64,000 nt of DNA, taken from assembly GCA_963783305.1 (NCBI GenBank), contig CAWAMW010000011.1:1-64000 (forward strand), read 5' to 3'. The notes under the pieces were generated by a model. The model made no database searches, was not told where the DNA came from, and worked only from the letters and a program-made list of their open reading frames with translations. Origin of the DNA: an uncultured Gemmatimonadales bacterium. GTDB taxonomy: Bacteria; Gemmatimonadota; Gemmatimonadetes; Longimicrobiales; RSA9. Position 1 is the stretch's first letter. Each line of letters starts with the position of its first letter. A program made the translations under genes and the position numbers. Below are positions 1 to 10,935 of this stretch, in pieces.

Positions 1-144
1 CACGACACGGAACTCGAAGCGATTTCCCAGTCGCTCCACCATGTTTACGATCGTGCGAAGCCCCCCTCCCGCACGCTCGCTTGGGAGGTAATGCTGCGCC
101 AGCAGAAGGACTACCGGTCCCGGGCCGGCAGCATGGGCGGTCAT
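1..144 (-). CDS. Glycosyltransferase (GT4-like), N-terminus only; runs off the window
   Basis: Manual translation from ATG at 144: MTAHAAGPGPVVLLLAQHYLPSERAGGGLRTIVNMVERLGNRFEFRVV, resembling the 'YLP...GG..RSI.NLVE.L...F.F.VV' start of GT4 enzymes; ATGA overlap with upstream ORF stop. Confidence 0.65.
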   Translation of the reverse strand, partial: MTAHAAGPGPVVLLLAQHYLPSERAGGGLRTIVNMVERLGNRFEFRVV

Positions 145-401
145 AGCGATGCCTCGAGTTTGGAATCCGCACGCCGCGGACCCCCGAGCCCGATGAAGGC
201 CCCTGCGCACGCCTCTGTAGCGGTCGAAGCGGCAATGCCAACGCCGGTGTACAGAGGCGTACTCCTCCAGTACCGTCGATCAGGGCGAGGCCTCACCATT
301 CCGAGGCTGCGCGGGGCTGCACGGGTCAGGCAGCTTGTAGCCGCGGCGGCGATCAACGCCAGCAGCGGTGGGAGTGCTACGCCGGGGAACAAGGCGGTCA
401 A
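141..401 (-). pseudogene. Truncated remnant resembling the N-terminus of a MraY/WecA-family polyprenyl-phosphate sugar-1-phosphate transferase
   Basis: Hydrophobic start followed by RSLGMVRPRPDRRYWRSTPLYTGVGIA, similar to the 'G.V..P..DR.H..PTPL.GG.AI' motif; only 86 aa. Confidence 0.45.
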
Positions 402-1371
402 ACGACCTCCACCCGATTGCCGGCGCTGTGCCCGATGACATTCGGAGAATGGCCTTCAGTTCCCGCCGGGCCCGCCAGCCAATGAGCCGCTCGATCTTGT
501 CCGTCGAGGGGATCCGCGAGGCATATCCTCAAAGTTGCTGTCGTAGGCGACGTCGAAGGGGACGTCGATGATATCCGAATCGGAGTCGACCATGTCGCGG
601 ACCCGGTGCGCCAGATCGAGAATTGAGACTTCCTCCTGAGACCCAATGTTGAATACCTCACCTACGGCGGTGTCGCATTCCATAAGGCCGGCAATGCCCT
701 GCACCACATCCTCGACGTGGCCGAAACAGCGTTGCTGCGACCCATCGCCGTAGACGGTGATATCATCGCCCCGCAAAGCCTGCTCTACGAAAAGGGGGAC
801 GACCATCCCATACTGGGACGTCTGACGCGGACCTACGGTGTTGAAGAGCCGGCCGATCACCGTAGGCAGCTGCCGCTCACGCCAGTACGCAATCGCCAGG
901 AACTCATCGATAGCCTTTGAGCAGGCGTAGCTCCATCGTCCTCGGGAGGTCGGGCCAAGAACCAAGTCACCGTCCTCGTTGAACGGAATGTCGGTGCTCT
1001 TTCCATACACCTCCGACGTGGACGCCACAAAGACCTTCTTCCGCTTCTTGGCCGCCATTTCCAAGAGCAGCTCGGTACACTGGATGTTGGTCTCCAACGT
1101 ACGCACGGGGCTCTCGACGATCAGCTTCACCCCCACCGCCGCAGCCAGGTGGAATACCCCGTCCACTTCGTCCACTAACTCGGCCAAGAGCGGAGCATCC
1201 ATTATGGTTTCGATCCGGTAATCAAGCGGGCGTGCGATCTAGGTGCGCGATGTTGCGGATGGAGCCCGTGGAAAGGTCATCCAGCACGGTTACCCGATCC
1301 CCCTGCTCGATCAGGTGATCGGCCAAGTGAGACCCCACAAAACCCGCGCCTCCAGTAATCAAGTAGTGCAT
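400..1371 (-). pseudogene. NAD-dependent nucleotide-sugar epimerase/dehydratase, frameshifted
   Basis: ATG at 1371 gives [20 protein letters not shown]...DDLSTG then a stop near 1222; the body (456..1202: STSEVYG, YACSK, FNTVGPRQ) is in another frame; the C-terminal RIPSTDKIERLIGW needs a second shift near 515. Confidence 0.85.
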
Positions 1372-1710
1372 TCGGCTCTTCTACTGTTCGGCGGTTGTCG
1401 GCAGTTCTTGGTGGTACGGGACAGCGGCATTCACCTCGGCACCCCGGATGCCGGCGATTCGAAACGCCCGGGTCGGCTGGTGTGCTCCCCCTCGGCGCGG
1501 TCCCTGCAGTCACCTTAGAACAACCGGATACGCCCGTAAGAAATTGGCCCCAACACACGAAGGTGTTGCCTCCAGGAGCCACAAGGCTAAGGAAGAGGCT
1601 CAGTCGAGGCAAGAGGAAGAAGCAACTGAACGGCGAGGCGGACAGAATCCCGGTATGTGCGCCAAACCTGCGCGCTCTGCCGCGAGTGAACACATTCGGA
1701 TGACACAATG

Positions 1711-2589
1711 CTAATGCGCAAAGATGCCGGCTGACTTTCTTATTAGTGTTTTTAACTTTCTAATCAGGTGGTAGGCATAGATATGCAAGCGATTATTTAC
1801 CAACGCCGAGGATCCGCCAAGCTGCCTCCATTGTCGGTAATATTTATTCCATTGCGCATTGTAGTGCCTATTCCAGAATTTCTCGTTTCCCCACGCATGC
1901 AAAATAACGGTCTCGTCCGACCGTTCATTTAACGGACAATTGTATATGCGCGGGAGTTCTTCAACATTGATATTGAACTCTTGGAACATCAGCGTCATGA
2001 CCGGTTGGATACTGGTATTAGCAGCGCTCCAGGCTACCATTTTCTCAAGACACCAGTCCTTGAGTTGTCCGGGGTTTGCCAGTTGGTCTGAAAAAACCAT
2101 CAATCCGGTATTGAATACTTCAACGTCGAAGCTGTACTTGCCATGTTCTTCTCCAGAGTTCCATGCCTTGCAGGTATCCGCATATATTTGGTCTAACGTT
2201 TGTTTATGTGAAACCATGGCTATCCCTGTGCTTCCGTACCCAAACAGATCGTCGAGGGGCTTTAACACTAGCATGTCCGCATCGAGCCAGATTACTTTTG
2301 CATATCGTTCCAGAAGATCGAAACACAGCAATCTCGAAAATTTCATATGCGTGCCACGGCTCGTGCGTATGTTGTCCGGCACGGGATGATTGAATTCGAG
2401 AAAACTACAGGGGTAGATCTCCCGCAAGCGGTTCTGGTCTACTTCTGCAAGACCGTCATGTATTACAATTACATCTGGCTCAATATCCCGCAGGTTACCA
2501 TCTCTTATGCTCATTAGCAGGGTGGCTGCCGCGAAAACCCATTGCTCGTTGATTCCTACAACGATGGCACAGTTATTGTTCGACATCAT
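1711..2589 (-). CDS. Glycosyltransferase family 8
   Basis: KVIWLDADMLVLKPLDDLF (DxD), FNTGLMVF, ILHAWGNEKFW motifs; visibly AT-richer than the flanks. Confidence 0.85.
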   Translation of the reverse strand: MMSNNNCAIVVGINEQWVFAAATLLMSIRDGNLRDIEPDVIVIHDGLAEVDQNRLREIYPCSFLEFNHPVPDNIRTSRGTHMKFSRLLCFDLLERYAKVIWLDADMLVLKPLDDLFGYGSTGIAMVSHKQTLDQIYADTCKAWNSGEEHGKYSFDVEVFNTGLMVFSDQLANPGQLKDWCLEKMVAWSAANTSIQPVMTLMFQEFNINVEELPRIYNCPLNERSDETVILHAWGNEKFWNRHYNAQWNKYYRQWRQLGGSSALVNNRLHIYAYHLIRKLKTLIRKSAGIFAH

Positions 2590-4086
2590 ATTCCTGTAAT
2601 GTCTTGTTCGGTTCGTGGATGAAGGCGTGGAGATGACTTTGGGGAGAGAGAATGCTTACCGCGGACCGGTTATTGTTGTCTGCCCCCCTCTTGTCGCGCT
2701 CTCGGCTCGTGCCGCTCTGAGTATAGCTTCGTCGCTGCATCTTCGTCGAGTCCGACTGCTTTGGAGCGGAATCTCTGCCGGAGGCTGACCGACCATTCGC
2801 AGAAAGACTGGGGCCAGTGCTCCACGCCTAGACGTTGATCTCGAGTCGTGGCGGTCCGCATTCACGGGAGCGGCGAGGTATTCGTCGGCACCGCTGTCGC
2901 ATAGGCTAACCTGGAAGTGGCCGTCCCTGACGAGGCCAAAATTCGCCGGATCATGAAAGCGGAGCCGAGACCGAGGCTTCGTGCCGCATCTCTTGGAGCT
3001 CCATCCGGTGCTGATCCTGACGGAAGCAATCAGGGGCTTCGAGATGCCCGCTGCCGTAGGTCTGCAACGGCTCAGGCACCTCTGCTGATCGCCAATCCCA
3101 CGCAGACCCGAAACTTCGATCAGACACCGGACAGCTCACAAGAAACATGGCAGCGACGCACGGGGGCTCGCACTGTTTGCCGCGCGCGGTCGACCCGAGG
3201 TGCGGGAGCTGCCCTCCCAGGACGCACAAGCGTGCCCGACGCCGGCAGTTCGTCGGCATGCTCACGCAGGAGAAGAACCGGTTCGGTTTTGCGCTCAAGC
3301 CGGGTCAGAAGGGCCTTCAGAAGCACCTCGGATGTTCGAGCGGCATGTCTTTAATGTGGGCGCCGCCTCGACGCCCGCATTGACAGAGCCTGGCCTTGGC
3401 CGGGAAACGCAACCTCCTGCAGTACATTCTCGGCGTCGGGCCGAACCTGTCGCAACCTCTGATCGCCAATTTCCCGGGCTCGGCATGCTCTCTGGCAAGG
3501 AGGGCGCCGCCCTCGTCGGGGTAGCGCTTCGTGCCCACGACAGCGGCAAGTTCCGCAGCAAGCGCATGATCACCCGTCCGCTCGGTGCTGTTCATGAGCA
3601 CGCTCAGCGCCACGCGCTGAAATCCCGTCGTCCGCCTCTTCTATGAGCGACTCCATCAGGGGACGCCAGGCTGAGTGCGCAACCCGCCTGCATGGGGAAG
3701 TTGCTCGTCCTTTAGAATCCCCTAGTCGGCGACGGCCGCTCTCGGGATGCGAGCGTGCCTCTCGAGCCAGTTCAGGACGCAATACAGTTGTCTATATGTA
3801 CGTTCAGAACGCAGCACAGGCAGCTGGAATCGGTTGGACGTGATGCTGTTGGTCTGCCGCGCTCCGAAGGAACTGAAGGTGGCTTTACACCATTGCTGCG
3901 GTTATTTTTTCGACACATGTGTTCCACTTCTACATATGCTTGCGAACTAAAGGTCGGGAAGATGATACGGACTGCGGATTCGACTCCTCGCTGCGAAAGC
4001 CTTGAAGGTGGCGTGCCGGCGGATATGAGGTCTGCGCGTAGCCTCGAGATCTTTAAACTCGCGATTGCGCGGCTGGAAGAGGCACG

Positions 4087-5085
4087 TTGACGGCTGGCGT
4101 TCGAGATTCCCTGCCCGTGCTCGTCACCGGGGCGAACGGATTCGCGGGACGTCATCTATGTGAGGCATTGGAGGCCCACAACCGGCCGTACCGAATGCTG
4201 ATCCGTAATGGGGCGGGAGGCCAATTAGGCGCCGCCCCCGTCTATAGGATGATCGATTTCTTCGATCAGGAGGCGTTGCTCCCTGCGTTAAGCGGTTGCC
4301 ACGCCGTCATCGATCTGGCCGCGAGGGTTCACATGATGGAAGACTACGCCTCCGATCCGCTGGCGAATTTCCGGCGAGTCAATGTGGAGGGCACGCGGTC
4401 ACTCGCCCGGTCCGCCGTCGAGGTGGGGGTAAAGCGGGTGGTTTTTGTTAGTTCGGTCAAGGTAAATGGCGCATCCACCTCGGGCGCACCATTCCAGCCG
4501 TCGGATTCACCGGAGCCGCAGGACCTGTACGGCCTGAGCAAATGGGAAGCGGAGCAATGTCTGTGGGAGATCGCTGACGAGAGCGGTTTGGAGGTGGTGA
4601 TTCTGCGTCCCCCGTTGATGTACGGTGCCGGAGTCAAGGCAAATTTTCTCCGGCTCATGCGGCTTGTGCACCGTGGCGTGCCCCTTCCTTTGGGGTCGAT
4701 CCGAAACCGCCGGAGCCTCCTCTTCGTGCGGAACTTGGCCGATGCTGCGGTCATTGCGAGTGAGCACCCGCTGGCGGCTGGCGAGACCTTTCTTGTCAGT
4801 GATGGGCGGCCGGTGTCGACTGCAGAACTGGTCCGGGCGCTCGCGGCGGCATTGGACCGGAGGGCGAACTTGTTTCCTATCCCCCCGCCTCTACTGCGAA
4901 TAGCAGGGGCACTCATCGGACGTCAATCCGCCGTCGAGCGTTTACTGGACTCGCTGGAAGTCGACAACCGGAGGATTAGTGAACTCCTGGGCTGGAGTCC
5001 TCCCTATACCATGCACGACGGGTTAGAGGAGACGGCGGAATGGCTCATGTCTGAGGAACGAGCCGAGGACGAGAAGGTGCAATGA
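4087..5085 (+). CDS. NAD-dependent epimerase/dehydratase (SDR; WbpK/WbpV-like)
   Basis: VLVTGANGFAG, AARVH, SSVKVNG, YGLSKWEAE, RPPLMYGAGVKANF. Confidence 0.9.
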   Translation: MTAGVRDSLPVLVTGANGFAGRHLCEALEAHNRPYRMLIRNGAGGQLGAAPVYRMIDFFDQEALLPALSGCHAVIDLAARVHMMEDYASDPLANFRRVNVEGTRSLARSAVEVGVKRVVFVSSVKVNGASTSGAPFQPSDSPEPQDLYGLSKWEAEQCLWEIADESGLEVVILRPPLMYGAGVKANFLRLMRLVHRGVPLPLGSIRNRRSLLFVRNLADAAVIASEHPLAAGETFLVSDGRPVSTAELVRALAAALDRRANLFPIPPPLLRIAGALIGRQSAVERLLDSLEVDNRRISELLGWSPPYTMHDGLEETAEWLMSEERAEDEKVQ

Positions 5086-6143
5086 TCAGCCGTGTTTCTT
5101 TGGCAGTACTCTGCTTCGGAACCAGCGCGGGACTCACGTTGGCGGTGCGGGCGTTCGCGCTTAGGAACTTGATTTTGGATGTTCCCAATCAGCGCAGCTC
5201 GCACACCAGTCCTACACCGCGCGGGGGGGGGGCCGCAATCGCCGTGTCAGCTCTTGGTGGAATCGGCGTGGCAGGGCTGCTGGGATGGATACCCGCTGCT
5301 CTGGCTACCGGCTTCTTTGCCGGCGGTTTCCTCGTGGCAGCCGTGGGTTGGATCGATGACCGGAGCCACGTCCCCGCAATCCGACGTGCAGCGATTCATA
5401 CTGTAGCCGCCGGAATCATGCTCTGGAGCCTTGGCGGGCTCTCCGACATCCGATTGGGCGAGTCGACGCTCAACGCCGGCTCTATCGGGACTTTGTTGGG
5501 CATCGTCGGCATCGTCTGGCTGACGAATCTGTACAATTTCATGGATGGCATCGACGGCGTCGCGGCCGGCGAGGCGGCGTCTGTGGCGGTCTTCGCTGGC
5601 GCGCTCTTATGGGCCACCGGGGCGAAGGGACTTGCCGCGACCGCTTGGATCATAGCCGCAGCCGCGGCGGGATTTCTGCTATGGAATTGGTCGCCGGCAC
5701 GGATTTTCATGGGTGACGTGGGCAGTGGATTTCTCGGGTTTCTCTTTGGGGCCCTGGCGGTGGCCTCTGAGGCCACAGGAGCCTTGCCCGGAATAATTTG
5801 GCTCCTCTTATTGGGAGTATTCATTGTCGATGCCACTGCCACATTGCTCCGGCGCATGGTGCTCGGACACTGCTGGTACTGCGCCCACAGACAACACGCA
5901 TACCAGCGCGCTGTCCAGGCCGGGCTCTCCCACCGGCAGGTGTCGGGTTTCGTCCTGGCATTGAATCTCTTCCTTGGGGGGGCGGCGGTTATCGCCGTAT
6001 TGTGGACTGAGGGGCAGCCCTTAATACTGCTGATTAGCTATTGTGTGCTGCTGCTATTGTATGCAGCGGTGGAGCGAGTCAATCCCATGACAACTGAACC
6101 ACGCGCCGCTACGCCCGGCCCAAATCCGCAGAAGGATTCGTGA
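5082..6143 (+). CDS. MraY/WecA-family undecaprenyl-phosphate glycosyl-1-phosphate transferase (WbpL-like)
   Basis: DVPNQRSSHTSPTPRGGG, GWIDD, NLYNFMDGIDG, IFMGDVGSGFLG, AHRQHAYQ; multiple TM segments. Confidence 0.92.
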   Translation: MISRVSLAVLCFGTSAGLTLAVRAFALRNLILDVPNQRSSHTSPTPRGGGAAIAVSALGGIGVAGLLGWIPAALATGFFAGGFLVAAVGWIDDRSHVPAIRRAAIHTVAAGIMLWSLGGLSDIRLGESTLNAGSIGTLLGIVGIVWLTNLYNFMDGIDGVAAGEAASVAVFAGALLWATGAKGLAATAWIIAAAAAGFLLWNWSPARIFMGDVGSGFLGFLFGALAVASEATGALPGIIWLLLLGVFIVDATATLLRRMVLGHCWYCAHRQHAYQRAVQAGLSHRQVSGFVLALNLFLGGAAVIAVLWTEGQPLILLISYCVLLLLYAAVERVNPMTTEPRAATPGPNPQKDS

Positions 6144-6212
6144 CCGATATTTGAACTGCTGAAAGAGTGATTGGCGGGTCAGGATCCAGTTGAGCGAGCC
6201 GACTGCGATAGG

Positions 6213-6557
6213 TGTCGTAGACAGGGACGTTGTTCACCAGTTCGCATAGTCTCATCCGGGGCGTCTTGCCACCGATCCCCATTTTAGGCGGCATATTTAA
6301 GTTCGGATCCAAGGCGACAATGCCGGAAGGCGCTCAATGGATTGTCGGTACGGCCGAGCGCCCGCCCACTCGGAAGCGAGCTCGGATGAAGCGCTCGGCC
6401 TTACCACTGGTTCTCCGGGTGTAGGGCCGGATCTTCAGGTGCCGCGCTCTCTTCGGTTCTAACGCTCGCCGGAGGGCATGGGAGCAATTGCCTCTGCCGT
6501 TGTCGGTCCTCACGCGCTCGGGGCGTAACCCGTTCCGCTCAAACCACCAGTGGCTCG
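6213..6557 (-). mobile_element. IS481-family remnant (3' part of transposase plus terminal repeat), degenerate
   Basis: ERVRTDNG...RHLKIRPYTRRTSGKAERFI and GIGGKTPRMRL...VNNV in different frames; end TGTCGTAGACAGGGACGTTGTTCAC at 6213 resembles IS481-family termini. Confidence 0.8.
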
Positions 6558-6795
6558 TGAATCGGCTCTGGATTGCCGGAGACTGCAATCCTCGAGAGGA
6601 TGGGTCATGGGCAAGCCAAAGCCCTCAGAAAGTGGGTCCGGCAAGCGGAGCGAGACTCGGGGGGAGCGCGGGGTTTGACCCAGGAGCGCACCCGCCTTAA
6701 GGAGTTGGAAAGTGAGAACCGACAGCTCCGGCGCGCGAACGAACTCCTCCGCAACGCGTCCGGGTGTTTCGCCCAGACGGAGCTCGACCTTCCTG
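6558..6795 (+). mobile_element. IS3-family (IS51/IS6110-like) remnant: left end plus internally deleted orfA
   Basis: TGAATCGGCTCTGGATTGCCGGAGACTGCAATCCTCGAGAGGATGGGTCATG resembles the IS6110-type left end; peptide [13 protein letters not shown]...[31 protein letters not shown] matches IS3 OrfA C-terminus. Confidence 0.85.
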
Positions 6796-6971
6796 GCCGC
6801 CCGGCCCGGCGCTCTACGCACGTTCGCCAGCCGCCCACCCTTCCGCTACCTTTACAGGTTTGCGTCACGCGCGGGAGCCCGGCCGGACCGGACCTCGACA
6901 GCCGGGCGCGGGTAAGACGCGACTGGTCTTTCCATCGACGAAACGAAGCCGCAGCCAGAAGAAGCGCATAC

Positions 6972-9900
6972 ATGCTCGAGACCCTGAAGGAGACCTTCAA
7001 CAATCTCTTCGGCACCCGACACGATCGGGAGGTCGCCAAGCTCCAGCCGCTGGTCGATGAGATCAACGCCATCGCCGGGCGGCTCGAGTCGCTCTCCGAG
7101 GAGGAGCTGAAGGCGCAGACGGAGAAGTTCCGGGGCATCATCCGGGAGCGGACGCACGCGCTGGAGGAGGAGCTGGCGACGCTCCGGGAGACGAAGCGGA
7201 AGACGGAGGACGCCGGGGAGCGGGACCGCCTGAACCGCGAGATCAACGAGACCGACGACCGTCTGAAGGCCACCACCGGAGAGGTGCTGGACGAGCTGCT
7301 GCCGGAGGCGTTCGCGACGGTGAAGGAGGCCACGCGTCGCCTGATGGGGCGGGAGATCACGTTCACGGGCACGCGCGCCACGTGGGACATGATCCCGTAC
7401 GACGTGCAGCTCATCGGCGGGATCGCGCTGCACCAGGGGAAGGCGGCGGAGATGGCCACGGGTGAGGGGAAGACCCTCGTGGCGACCATGCCGCTCTACC
7501 TGAACGCGCTGCCCGGCCGCGGTGCCCACCTGGTCACCGTCAACACCTACCTCGCCCAGCGCGACGCGGAGTGGATGGGGACGGTGTACGAGTACCTGGG
7601 GCTCACCGTTGGGGTCATCGACAAGCACGACCCGGGGACGCCGGAGCGCCGCGCCGCCTACCACTCCGACATCACCTACGGCACGAACAACGAGTTCGGC
7701 TTCGACTACCTGCGGGACAACATGGTCCACTCGCTGGAGCAGCGGGTGCAGCGGGCGCACAACTACGTCATCATCGACGAGGTGGACTCGATCCTCATCG
7801 ACGAGGCCCGCACACCGCTCATCATCAGCGGGCCCGTGGGCGAGGAGAAGAGCGAGATCTATGGTCGCTACAACAACTCCGTGGGCGCCCTCCACCGCAA
7901 GCAGACCCGGATCGTCAACGAGCTGATCGGTGACGCCGAGACGCTCATTGCGGAGGGGAAGCAGGACGAGGCGGGTGACAAGCTGCTGGCGGCGAAGCGG
8001 GGCGGACCGAAGAACAAGAAGCTGCTGAAGATGTTCGCGGAGGACCCGGGCCTCCAGAAGCTGGTGCAGCAGACGGAAGCCGCGTACATGCGGGACAAGA
8101 TGCTGCACGAGCTGGACGAGTACATGCTGTACGCGATGGACGAGAAGGGGCACAACGTGCACCTCTCGGACGCGGGGCTGGACGAGCTCTCGCCCAACGA
8201 TCCGGACGCCTTCCTCGTGCCGGACATCTCGGTGGAGATCGGGGAGATCGAGAAGTCGGAGGATCTGTCGCTGGACGAGAAGCGGGACCGGATCGAGGCG
8301 CTGGAGCGGGAGTTCGCGGAGAAGAGCCAGCGGATCCATGCCCTCCACCAGCTGCTGAAGGCGTACACGCTCTTCCACAAGGACGAGCAGTACATCATCG
8401 AGGATGACGGCGTGGTGATCGTGGACGAGTTCACCGGCCGGAAGATGGCGGGTCGCCGCTGGAGCGATGGCCTGCACCAGGCGGTGGAGGCGAAGGAGGG
8501 CGTGCACGTCCGGGGCGAGACGCAGACGCTGGCGACGGTGACGATCCAGAACTACTTCCGGATGTACGAGAAGCTGGCCGGGATGACCGGTACAGCGGAG
8601 ACGGAGGAGGGCGAGTTCTACGAGATCTACGGCCTGGACGTGATGGTGATCCCGACGAACCGTCCGGTGATCCGGGACGACCGTCACGACCTGATCTACA
8701 AGACGATCCGCGAGAAGTACAACGCCATGAACGACGAGATCGAGCGGCTGCACAGGCTCGAGCTGCCGGTCCTGGTGGGCACGGTGAGCGTGGACACGTC
8801 GGAGACGCTGAGCCGGATGCTGAAGCGGCGCGGCATCCCGCACAACGTGCTGAACGCGAAGTACCACGAGCAGGAGGCGCAGATCGTGGCGGACGCGGGT
8901 CAGCCGGGTGCGGTGACGATCGCGACGAACATGGCGGGCCGCGGCACCGACATCAAGCTGGGCGCGGGCGTGAAGGAGTCGCGCACGGTGGGCTGGGCGC
9001 GGGCGAAGGGTCTGGACGTGTCGGAGCTGGTGCCCATGGACCCGAACCGCTGGTTCGACGTGGAGAAGGTGGGCGACGACCACGAGATCGAGCCGGGCGG
9101 GTTGCACATCCTGGGGTCGAGCCGGCACGAGTCGCGTCGGATCGACCGTCAGCTGCGGGGCCGGGGCGGCCGGCAGGGTGACCCGGGTGCGAGCCAGTTC
9201 TACCTGTCGCTCGAGGACGACCTCATGCGGCTCTTCATGTCCGACCGCGTGGCCGGGATCATGGAGAAGCTGGGCCTGGAGGAGGGCGAGGTCATCACCC
9301 ACTCCATGGTGACGAAGTCCATCGGGAAGGCGCAGGGGCGGGTCGAGATGCAGAATTTCGAGGCCCGCAAGCGGCTGCTGGACTACGACGACGTGATGAA
9401 CCAGCAGCGGGAGGTGATCTACGACCTGCGGCTCTTCGCGCTCGAGGGCGGCGAGGATTTGAAGGGCGAGATCCGGGAGATGACGGAGACGGCGGTGCGG
9501 GAGAACGTGGCCGACTTCACGCCGCCGGAGCTGCGCCCCGAGCAGTGGGACCTGGCGGGGCTGCGTCAGCGGCTGGCGCTGGAGAACTTCATGATCGTCC
9601 CGGACCTCCCGTCGGAGAACGACCCGGCGCACGGCTTCCACAGCGCGGACGACGTGGAGGACCTGGTCCTGGGGAAGGTGCACCAGGCGCTGAAGAGCAA
9701 GTTCAGCGAGTTCGGCGAGCACGAGGAGCGGATCCTCAGCTGGATCCTGCTGAGCGTCATCGACGAGCAGTGGCGCGACCACCTCTACGACCTGGACCAC
9801 CTGAAGGCGTCCATCGGGTTCCGGGGCTGGGGCCAGAAGGACCCGCTCATCGAGTACAAGAAGGAAGCCTTCGAGATGTTCGTGGGCCTCATGGAGGACG

Positions 9901-10307
9901 TGCGGAAGAAGGTGAGCGGGCTCGTGTTCCGCGCCCAGCTCGCGCCCCGTCCCGCTCCGCAGCCCATGCCCAGGCAGAAGCTCACGCTGTCCGGCCCGAG
10001 CGACACCCCGGGCAACCGTCAGGGCACCGGCATCGGCGTGGGCGATGGCCAGGCTACCAGCGGGCAGGGCCGGAGCGCCGGGTACGCCGCCGGGGCCACC
10101 GGCGCGGACGCGGGCACATCCCGCACCTCGACCGACCCGTATGCCCCCGCCGCCGGCGGTAGCGCGCTGCGGGGTACCGTCACGAACCGCGGCGAGAGCC
10201 AGCGGAAGGCCGAGCCCGTGGTGGTGGACGACAAGGTGGGCCGGAACGACCCGTGCCCGTGCGGGAGCGGGAAGAAGTACAAGAAGTGTCACGGGGTCGG
10301 GGCGTAG
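6972..10307 (+). CDS. secA: Preprotein translocase ATPase SecA
   Basis: [44 protein letters not shown]-terminal [19 protein letters not shown]; start set at ATG 6972. Confidence 0.98.
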   Translation: MLETLKETFNNLFGTRHDREVAKLQPLVDEINAIAGRLESLSEEELKAQTEKFRGIIRERTHALEEELATLRETKRKTEDAGERDRLNREINETDDRLKATTGEVLDELLPEAFATVKEATRRLMGREITFTGTRATWDMIPYDVQLIGGIALHQGKAAEMATGEGKTLVATMPLYLNALPGRGAHLVTVNTYLAQRDAEWMGTVYEYLGLTVGVIDKHDPGTPERRAAYHSDITYGTNNEFGFDYLRDNMVHSLEQRVQRAHNYVIIDEVDSILIDEARTPLIISGPVGEEKSEIYGRYNNSVGALHRKQTRIVNELIGDAETLIAEGKQDEAGDKLLAAKRGGPKNKKLLKMFAEDPGLQKLVQQTEAAYMRDKMLHELDEYMLYAMDEKGHNVHLSDAGLDELSPNDPDAFLVPDISVEIGEIEKSEDLSLDEKRDRIEALEREFAEKSQRIHALHQLLKAYTLFHKDEQYIIEDDGVVIVDEFTGRKMAGRRWSDGLHQAVEAKEGVHVRGETQTLATVTIQNYFRMYEKLAGMTGTAETEEGEFYEIYGLDVMVIPTNRPVIRDDRHDLIYKTIREKYNAMNDEIERLHRLELPVLVGTVSVDTSETLSRMLKRRGIPHNVLNAKYHEQEAQIVADAGQPGAVTIATNMAGRGTDIKLGAGVKESRTVGWARAKGLDVSELVPMDPNRWFDVEKVGDDHEIEPGGLHILGSSRHESRRIDRQLRGRGGRQGDPGASQFYLSLEDDLMRLFMSDRVAGIMEKLGLEEGEVITHSMVTKSIGKAQGRVEMQNFEARKRLLDYDDVMNQQREVIYDLRLFALEGGEDLKGEIREMTETAVRENVADFTPPELRPEQWDLAGLRQRLALENFMIVPDLPSENDPAHGFHSADDVEDLVLGKVHQALKSKFSEFGEHEERILSWILLSVIDEQWRDHLYDLDHLKASIGFRGWGQKDPLIEYKKEAFEMFVGLMEDVRKKVSGLVFRAQLAPRPAPQPMPRQKLTLSGPSDTPGNRQGTGIGVGDGQATSGQGRSAGYAAGATGADAGTSRTSTDPYAPAAGGSALRGTVTNRGESQRKAEPVVVDDKVGRNDPCPCGSGKKYKKCHGVGA

Positions 10308-10315
10308 ACCCCACC

Positions 10316-10924
10316 GTGGCCGCGGCCGGGGAGGAGGAATCCGTTCGCACGAACATCGGCGTGTTCGGCGGGACCTTCGACCCTCCGCACATCGGCCACC
10401 TCATGGTCGCCCACGAGCTGGTGCACCAGCTCGCGCTGGACCGGCTGCTGGTCATCCCCGCGGCGGTCCCGCCGCACAAGCGGGATGAGCAGATCACCCC
10501 CGGCGGCGTGCGCCTGGCGATGGCGCGCGCGGCGTTCGGCGGCGAGGACGCCTGGGAGGTGAGCGAGCTGGAACTGGAGCGGGCGGGGCCGTCGTATACC
10601 GTGGATACGCTCCGCGACCTGGCCGACCGCCATCCCGACGCCGAGCTCTTCCTGGCGCTGGGCGCCGACCAGCTGGAGGAGCTGGATAGCTGGCACGAGC
10701 CGGGCGAGGTGCTGCGGCTCGCGACAGTGGCGGGCTTCGCGCGCGCGGGCCAGGAGGTCCCGTCGATCGACGGCGGGACCGTGCGGCGCGTGGAGATCCC
10801 CCGGCTCGAGATCTCGTCCACCGAAATCCGCCGCCGGGTCGGGGCGGGGGAGCCGTGGCGCTACATGGTGGCGCCCGGGGTGGCCGCCATCATCGAGGAG
10901 CGCGGGCTCTACGCAGAGGTCTGA
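10316..10924 (+). CDS. nadD: Nicotinate-nucleotide adenylyltransferase
   Basis: GVFGGTFDPPHIGH, SYTVDTL, ISSTEIR; start approximate (GTG). Confidence 0.95.
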   Translation: MAAAGEEESVRTNIGVFGGTFDPPHIGHLMVAHELVHQLALDRLLVIPAAVPPHKRDEQITPGGVRLAMARAAFGGEDAWEVSELELERAGPSYTVDTLRDLADRHPDAELFLALGADQLEELDSWHEPGEVLRLATVAGFARAGQEVPSIDGGTVRRVEIPRLEISSTEIRRRVGAGEPWRYMVAPGVAAIIEERGLYAEV

Positions 10925-10935
10925 GGTTCCCGCCC

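Noticed and set aside
3780..3810. LexA/SOS box-like AT-rich motif
   Set aside because: Does not match CTGT-N8-ACAG or form a convincing palindrome, and no SOS gene is adjacent
6573..6971. 133-aa N-terminal extension of SecA
   Set aside because: Explained by an IS3 orfA remnant plus open intergenic sequence; SecA homology starts at 6972
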